A DNA stretch of 64,000 bases from a virus: positions 41,964-105,963 of IMG/VR virus record IMGVR_UViG_3300005253_000193; one strand, written 5' to 3'. Positions within the stretch are counted from its first letter, which is position 1; every line of letters begins with the position of its first letter. Below are positions 58,421 to 64,000 of the stretch, piece by piece. Both the position numbers and the translations under genes were made by a program. Under the pieces are notes generated by a model. That model ran no database searches, was not told where the DNA came from, and saw only the letters and a program-made list of their open reading frames with translations.

Positions 58421-59089
58421 ATGAAAAGGAACCAGCTCATAAGAAGAACCAGGCGTAGCCTGAGTCCCCAAGCCCGTAAAGCTCTTGATGAGTGCAATGC
58501 GAAGCGCAAGGGCAATCCGGTTGCCAACTCAAGATTTCGTTCCTTGATTGATTCAGATAGGGTCCCAAACCGGGAGGACGTCCCCGACGCAAAGTTTCGG
58601 ACACAAGCCCCCATCTTTATTACCCGCCCCAACGACAGAAAGAAGTTCATTGAGCATATCAAGGCTGGTTTACCCGTTGCCCCGTCTTGCCGTGCGGCTG
58701 GCATTAGTTATCAAGCCCTCATGGGCTGGCTGAAATTGGGGGAAGCGGGAAAGAACAAAGACTACTACGATTTCTTCATGGAGGTCAGACAGGCTGAGGC
58801 CGAGGCTGAAATCACTATTGCTGAAGAGATACGTGCGGCTGGAAAGAAGCAATGGCAGGCCAACGCCTGGTTCATGGAGCGCCGTTGGGCCGACAGGTGG
58901 GGACGTCGTGAGGCCATCCGCCAGGAGATTTCTATAAAGAGTGAAACGACAATAACGGTGCGTGATGAACTATCAGCGAGAGTCGTCAATGACCCAAGAA
59001 GCAGAGAACTCGCAAGGGCTATCCTTGAGGGAAAGATCCTCGATGGGGAGTTCGAGAGGATCGATTCCGATGGCGAAGGTAACGCTTGA
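58421..59089 (+). CDS. terS: Terminase small subunit
   Basis: HTH C.AAGIS......WL..G and W.A.AW..ERR...W; directly upstream of terL. Confidence 0.75.
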   Translation: MKRNQLIRRTRRSLSPQARKALDECNAKRKGNPVANSRFRSLIDSDRVPNREDVPDAKFRTQAPIFITRPNDRKKFIEHIKAGLPVAPSCRAAGISYQALMGWLKLGEAGKNKDYYDFFMEVRQAEAEAEITIAEEIRAAGKKQWQANAWFMERRWADRWGRREAIRQEISIKSETTITVRDELSARVVNDPRSRELARAILEGKILDGEFERIDSDGEGNA

Positions 59090-60431
59090 GGACTTGGCGT
59101 ATGCTTTGCCGGGAGGATTCGCCAAGCTGGCAACGAACAATAAGTGGAAGTATGCTCCCCACCTCAAATTAATTGAGGACAAAATCCTTCAAATACTTGA
59201 GGGAAAGCCCATTCGTTTGCTTGTGAGCCTTCCGCCCAGGCACGGCAAATCTCACCTTCTTAGCACCTTTGTTCCGCCCTGGTACTTGGGCCGCTTTCCT
59301 GACAACCGAGTTCTGCTCGTTTGTTATCAAGCGGAGTTTGCCAAGAGCTGGGGCCGCAAATCCAGGAACGTTTTTACTGAATATAGCGAACAGGTCTTCG
59401 GTGTGAAGGTCTCCGATGAAACGGCGGCGGCCGATCATTGGGAGGTTCTCAAGCATCTTGGAGGGATGGAAACTGCTGGCATGGGGGGAGCTATTACCGG
59501 CAAGGGTGCAGACCTGTTCATTATTGATGACCCGATCAAGGGTCGGATGGAAGCCCTCAACGCGAAGGTAATGGAGGAGCAATGGGATTGGTTTGGTTCC
59601 GATGTTTATAGTCGTTTGGAACCTCAAGGTTCAATGATCATTATAGCGACGCGTTGGTCGCATGAGGATCTAATCGGACGGCTTGTCAAAGAAATGGAAA
59701 GTGGGGGGGAGCAATGGGATATTATCTCCCTGCCCTCCTATGCTGAGAAGGGGGATCTTCTTGGTCGTAAGGAGGGTGAGGTTTTGTGGCCGGAAAGATG
59801 GCCCAAACATCTCCTCGAAAAGAAACGCCACATGACAACCGAGCATTGGTGGAATGCCAATCATCAACAGCGTCCCTCCCCGGTTGGTGGTTACATGATT
59901 AAAGAGGCGTGGTTCAGGCGCTACCAATCCATTCCTCTGAATCCTGAGCAGACTGTATTGTCATTTGATACTGCTCAGAAGGAAAAGGATATAAATGACT
60001 ATACTGTTATTGGCACGTGGTATTTATTTAAGGATAGTTATTATCTTATTGATGTTGTTCGGGAAAGGTACAACCATCCCAGCCTTATTATCGCTGCGAA
60101 CATCGCGTTGCAGAAATGGAAACCCCATGCGGTTTTGATTGAGGATAAGGGAAGTGGTACGTCACTCATTCAACATTTGGACAGGACAACCACCGCCCCG
60201 GTGATTCCAATTATTCCAGTTGGTGATAAGGTCATTCGTATGGATGCGGTCACCCCTATTATTTCTGCTGGTAATGTTTTCCTTCCGGAAAAGAATTTGA
60301 CTGGGTGGTTGCGTGACTACGAGGAGGAATTGATGGCGTTTCCAAATTCGGCCCGCAAGGACCAGGTGGATATGACGTCCCAGTTCTTGCAGTGGACGCT
60401 TGAACGTCTGAACAGAATTGAAATGTTTTAA
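59070..60431 (+). CDS. terL: Terminase large subunit
   Basis: PPRHGKS, IIDDPIK, TRW...D..G, QQRP, FDTA, IEDK, DQVD. Confidence 0.95.
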   Translation: MAKVTLEDLAYALPGGFAKLATNNKWKYAPHLKLIEDKILQILEGKPIRLLVSLPPRHGKSHLLSTFVPPWYLGRFPDNRVLLVCYQAEFAKSWGRKSRNVFTEYSEQVFGVKVSDETAAADHWEVLKHLGGMETAGMGGAITGKGADLFIIDDPIKGRMEALNAKVMEEQWDWFGSDVYSRLEPQGSMIIIATRWSHEDLIGRLVKEMESGGEQWDIISLPSYAEKGDLLGRKEGEVLWPERWPKHLLEKKRHMTTEHWWNANHQQRPSPVGGYMIKEAWFRRYQSIPLNPEQTVLSFDTAQKEKDINDYTVIGTWYLFKDSYYLIDVVRERYNHPSLIIAANIALQKWKPHAVLIEDKGSGTSLIQHLDRTTTAPVIPIIPVGDKVIRMDAVTPIISAGNVFLPEKNLTGWLRDYEEELMAFPNSARKDQVDMTSQFLQWTLERLNRIEMF

Positions 60432-60435
60432 GAAG

Positions 60436-60461
60436 GAGGCCCCGAATTTCTCCGGGGCCTC
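60436..60461 (+). terminator. Hairpin after terL
   Basis: GAGGCCCCG/CGGGGCCTC 9-bp stem; weak U-tract. Confidence 0.45.
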
Positions 60462-60536
60462 TGAGGTTTAACAGGGAGGAGAAAATGGCAAGTTAGCCAA
60501 GTTCTTGTCACGAGGAGTACCCGATAATCGTTAATC

Positions 60537-60565
60537 TTGCAACTCAATAAAGAAGAGTGTATTCT
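60537..60565 (+). promoter_or_regulatory. Sigma70 promoter, leaderless to the portal gene
   Basis: TTGCAA-N17-TATTCT; ATG 6 nt downstream. Confidence 0.55.
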
Positions 60566-60571
60566 TGCGCT

Positions 60572-61990
60572 ATGTTTGATCAAGCCCGAAAGAGCATGGG
60601 GAATGTGCTAAGGCAGATGACCCAAGGAGTGTCTTCCCATCTGGTGAAGTCACGTGGTTGGACCCCAATCCGCACTGGAAGCCGGGAGCTTATGGAGCTT
60701 TATTCATCGTCTCCCTGGCTTCGTGCTATTGTGAATAAGATTGGAAAGGCTGTAGCCGAGACGGATTGGCGGTTATATGTGGCCAAGAATTCCAACGGAC
60801 AAGCTATCTACGATAGTCAGATCCAAAGGGCTTCGTTCAAGACCAGACAGGAAATCATCAAGGAGAAGGTTGACCTCAATCAAGTGGTGGAAATAATTGA
60901 CCATCCTTTGCTTGATCTTATTCACGACGGGAACGATATACTCTCCGGCAATAATGTTTTCCAAGTCACACAACATCATATGGACTTGGTCGGGGAGGGT
61001 TATTGGCTTATTGAAAGAGATGGCATGGGCGTTCCTATATCTTTGTGGCCTCTGCCCCCTGATTGGGTCAAACGACTTCCAACGAAAAAGAATCCATTCT
61101 ACACTATTAATTTTGTCGACAGCTCCCACGTTGAAATCCCTATCACGGAGATGATAACGTTCAGGGATCCCGATCCGGCCAATCCCTATGGACGGGGCAC
61201 CGGCATTGCTCGCTCCCTTGGGGACGAACTTGAGATTGATGAATATGCTTCGAAGCACGCAAAAGCTTTCTTTTACAATAGGGCTCGGCCCGACATTATT
61301 ATTTATGGGGACAACATCAATTCCGATGATGCTAAACGCCTTGAGGAAAAATGGTTGGAGAAGCACCAAGGATTCTGGAACTCCTTCAAACCCCTATTCT
61401 TTAGTCGCAAGATAGAGGTCAAGGAGTTGACCCAATCGATGGAAGATCTCCAGATGGTCCCGATGAGAAAATTTGAACGGGATACCTTCATTAACGTATT
61501 TGGTATTCCACCAGAAAAACTTGGAGTTGTGTCTGACAGCAAACGTTCCACAATTACTGCGGCGGATTTCTTTTGGGCAAAAGATATTATCAGGCCCCGT
61601 GTGGAGCTGATGAGGGAGGGAATACAGCGCGGACTCGTGCCTCAATTCGACACCAGGTTGATTCTGGATTATATCACTCCCGTGATCCAGGATGAAGAGA
61701 TGGAACAAAAGGTGATGAATATTGCGCCCTTTGCATTCAAGATTGACGACTTTAGGGATCGTGCCAATGTGGAACGGCTTGGTGGAGACGTTGGAAACTC
61801 CCTGGTGATTCCACTTAACAGTGAACTGAGACCCGTCAAGGAACAGGATGAGTCCCCTCCCACCCCCGAAGAAGAGTCCTTACAGGAACTACTGCCAAAC
61901 TTGGAAAGGGATGTTCTTGCTGACCTTGAGGAAAGGCTTCCCTTAATTGGGGAGGAAGTCATTAAGAAGATTGAGAGTCAGAAGGACTAG
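60572..61990 (+). CDS. Portal protein (HK97-like)
   Basis: HPLLDL, GEGYW, LWPL.P..V, FF.N.ARP, FGIPP..LG. Confidence 0.9.
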   Translation: MFDQARKSMGNVLRQMTQGVSSHLVKSRGWTPIRTGSRELMELYSSSPWLRAIVNKIGKAVAETDWRLYVAKNSNGQAIYDSQIQRASFKTRQEIIKEKVDLNQVVEIIDHPLLDLIHDGNDILSGNNVFQVTQHHMDLVGEGYWLIERDGMGVPISLWPLPPDWVKRLPTKKNPFYTINFVDSSHVEIPITEMITFRDPDPANPYGRGTGIARSLGDELEIDEYASKHAKAFFYNRARPDIIIYGDNINSDDAKRLEEKWLEKHQGFWNSFKPLFFSRKIEVKELTQSMEDLQMVPMRKFERDTFINVFGIPPEKLGVVSDSKRSTITAADFFWAKDIIRPRVELMREGIQRGLVPQFDTRLILDYITPVIQDEEMEQKVMNIAPFAFKIDDFRDRANVERLGGDVGNSLVIPLNSELRPVKEQDESPPTPEEESLQELLPNLERDVLADLEERLPLIGEEVIKKIESQKD

Positions 61991-62345
61991 TTTGCTCCCG
62001 TGCCTTAATTGCCGCGATGCACCCATAGATGATGACGGCTTGGATGTCGTACCGTGAGTTCCTGGCTGCCTCCTTGCAGGCCCATTCTAGGATGTCCCTC
62101 TGCCTGTCCTTTTCGTACAGCGTCATCATAGCGTCGAGGGAGCACGTTACGTTTGGTCGGCGCTCTTCTTCGCCCTGGGTCACATTGTCCCCACGGTATT
62201 CGCCTTCCGGAGTAAACCACTTTGGCCATGGAAGAAAGCCCCCAGGGTCAGGGATAAGTTTCCAGCCACAAGCCAACAAGACCTCATCACTAAGCCTTCG
62301 GTTCCCCTCTGTTGCCGATTTCAGTTTTGTGGCGATATCAGTCAT
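61962..62345 (-). CDS. ABA-sandwich-like accessory protein
   Basis: KL..ATEG.R.L, T.SLDA, CIAAIKA. Confidence 0.55.
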   Translation of the reverse strand: MTDIATKLKSATEGNRRLSDEVLLACGWKLIPDPGGFLPWPKWFTPEGEYRGDNVTQGEEERRPNVTCSLDAMMTLYEKDRQRDILEWACKEAARNSRYDIQAVIIYGCIAAIKAREQTSPSDSQSS

Positions 62346-62579
62346 GGTATCAACTCCATGATTGCGGCAGCAATGTCTTTTGCCGCGTTGTTCCAAGATG
62401 CAGAGAAGACCCTGTTTTGTTTGTTGACTGCCACCTTCGCTGCATCTTCCACCCCAGCAATATAATATGCTTTAGCGCTCGTTGTTCGAAATATTGGCGT
62501 TCCGTCGTCCTTGCGGAGGATGTCCTTGCTAGGGGTATTGAATGGCAAGTTTCGCCGTTTCATACTGTCATAAATTGGG

Positions 62580-62948
62580 TCATTCATGGCTTTCCTCCCA
62601 TGCCTTGAGGGCCGCACAACGACGGGCGAGGGGTTCTGTGTGGCCGGTTCCTAGAGTGGCGGTCTTGGTAGCTTCGTCCCAATGGGTAGCGTCGCACTTG
62701 ATTTTCCCCTTCATCTCGAAGATAGCGACACGAACGATATTCTCCCACGGCAGCTTGGCGTCGAGGGATGTGGTGACCTCTCCAATAGTGAGGATGCTCT
62801 CTCGGTCAGCCGCAGCAACAGCTTCGATGGCTCGTTGGTCTGATACCTCACCTAACCCGGCGTAACCAATTGCCTTGCCTACGAGGGCATCCAACTCCCG
62901 GCTCCCCTCTGGCACCTTCTCCAGCTTTGCGATGATGTCACTTGTCAT
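62580..62948 (-). CDS. ABA-sandwich-like accessory protein
   Basis: KLEK..EGSRELDA, TTSLDA, TEPLAR..AALKAW. Confidence 0.55.
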   Translation of the reverse strand: MTSDIIAKLEKVPEGSRELDALVGKAIGYAGLGEVSDQRAIEAVAAADRESILTIGEVTTSLDAKLPWENIVRVAIFEMKGKIKCDATHWDEATKTATLGTGHTEPLARRCAALKAWEESHE

Positions 62949-63327
62949 GGGGCTTGTCCTTCATATGTTCCATCACAGTTCCGTTCGTTGTCGCCCGCCA
63001 GTCGGGCCACTCTCGACCCTCGTTCGTGACTTGCTTGGCTACCAAGGCAGACACAACATCCTCGGGGGTATGCCCCACCCTCCGGGCACCGTCGAGGGCT
63101 AATAGGATTACATCTATCCATTCGACGAGATCGGTGGGCGCGGCCTCTATCTCCGCCAGTTCCTTCCTGATATGGTTGGTTATCTCAGTTGTTCTACGGC
63201 CCGGCCCAAACTTGGCTTCGGCAAAGGCCCCATGCCTTTGTAAGAACGCCACTAGGTCGAAACTGGCTACCTCCCACGGCTGTGTGTTCTCCTTCGCCGC
63301 TTCCAGCTTTGTATCGTTGTTAGTCAT
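62938..63327 (-). CDS. DUF550 dATP/dGTP pyrophosphohydrolase (MazG-like)
   Basis: FGPG...HIRKEL.EI...P.DL.EWIDV..LALDG...K...N..R.WPDWR. Confidence 0.85.
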   Translation of the reverse strand: MTNNDTKLEAAKENTQPWEVASFDLVAFLQRHGAFAEAKFGPGRRTTEITNHIRKELAEIEAAPTDLVEWIDVILLALDGARRVGHTPEDVVSALVAKQVTNEGREWPDWRATTNGTVMEHMKDKPHDK

Positions 63328-63661
63328 TGCCTTGCTCCCATGCCCTGAGTGCTGCGGCGCAGAGGGCGAGGGCGGGGGTGGTGGCTTGTCCGTCAAAGAT
63401 TATTGCATACCCCCCATGTTCCTTACTTCGTTTGTAGACGGCCGCGCCATCGTCAGAAATGATTTGCCATTCCCACCCCTCCGGCACCAGCGTCATGGCA
63501 GCGTCGAGAAACGCGCCGACACCAACAAATAGCCGGGCATCTTCTCGAGCCTTGGCGCTTATCCATCCTTGCTTTCGGGCATAGTCTATCGCTTCAAGGA
63601 TTACGTTGCCTTGTTCCGCCTCCGTCGCCGCCTCCAGCTTTGTGATGATGTCACTTGTCAT
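63320..63661 (-). CDS. ABA-sandwich-like accessory protein
   Basis: Close paralog of 49622..49975. Confidence 0.6.
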   Translation of the reverse strand: MTSDIITKLEAATEAEQGNVILEAIDYARKQGWISAKAREDARLFVGVGAFLDAAMTLVPEGWEWQIISDDGAAVYKRSKEHGGYAIIFDGQATTPALALCAAALRAWEQGND

Positions 63662-63998
63662 GGGGCTTGTCCTTCGTGTTCGCCCGCCACCGTTCGACTA
63701 GTTCCGGGTCTTCATTTTCCATGCCGGAGATCATCCGAAGCATCCGCCTGTTCTCCTGCGCCAGCGCATCATTGGATTTCTCAACATCTCGAAGCTCCGC
63801 ATTTGCAACAATGGCTTTTTTCCGCGCAGTCTCGAGTCTCTGCGCCAGCGCGGAGTCGTCGGTCTCGATGGTGGCAAGAGCTAGAAACATTGCGTCTTCT
63901 TTGCCTAGTCTAAAACTTGGAAACAGCACATTCCATTTGCGGATTAAAGCGTCTGCTATACGATTTCTTCGCTCCACGCGCTCATCCATGGTGGTCAT
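63651..63998 (-). CDS. Hypothetical coiled-coil protein
   Basis: Paralog of 51739..52152; ends KDKPHDK like 62938..63327. Confidence 0.55.
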   Translation of the reverse strand: MTTMDERVERRNRIADALIRKWNVLFPSFRLGKEDAMFLALATIETDDSALAQRLETARKKAIVANAELRDVEKSNDALAQENRRMLRMISGMENEDPELVERWRANTKDKPHDK

Positions 63999-64000
63999 GG

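Noticed and set aside
24693-63327. 2-aminoadenine (Z) genome pathway from HD hydrolase + DUF550
   Set aside because: No PurZ in the window, the HD protein looks YfdR-like, and the genes are 38 kb apart.
1-64000. Genome-wide stop-codon reassignment
   Set aside because: Long genes are intact in the standard code, and many end in TGA (ATGA overlaps) or TAG; only three small ORFs are interrupted.

Overview
This window is 64 kb of a tailed dsDNA phage with a siphovirus-type non-contractile tail. Tail and lysis proteins hint at an alphaproteobacterial host, but that is inference. No integrase or host DNA is visible. Layout: (1) + strand neck, tail, fibre and lysis module, 1-19452. (2) - strand replication and recombination module, 19.5-48.7 kb: SbcC with intein, Mre11, resolvase, RecA, gp32-like SSB, UvsY, DnaX, UDG-PolA fusion, beta clamp, primase, SNF2 helicase, DnaB. 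(3) - strand small accessory genes including thyX, 48.7-58.2 kb. (4) + strand terS-terL-portal, 58.4-62.0 kb, followed by a second - strand accessory island. The best candidate for an undescribed system is at 42.9-46.3 kb. A predicted sigma70 promoter precedes three tandem structured RNAs that share a sequence-conserved basal stem (CCGGAACUAG...CCUUACCGG) but carry different apical domains. One apical domain is a complete tRNA fold with a 6-nt CUUCAA anticodon loop. The array is followed directly by a Ro60/TROVE-like helical+vWA protein, a 55-aa protein and an ARPP/DUF6569-like protein, suggesting a divergent phage Ro/Y-RNA-like ribonucleoprotein. A second candidate is a ~390-nt, pseudoknot-rich + strand RNA at 56.46-56.85 kb. 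All family assignments come from motif recognition by eye; no searches were run.
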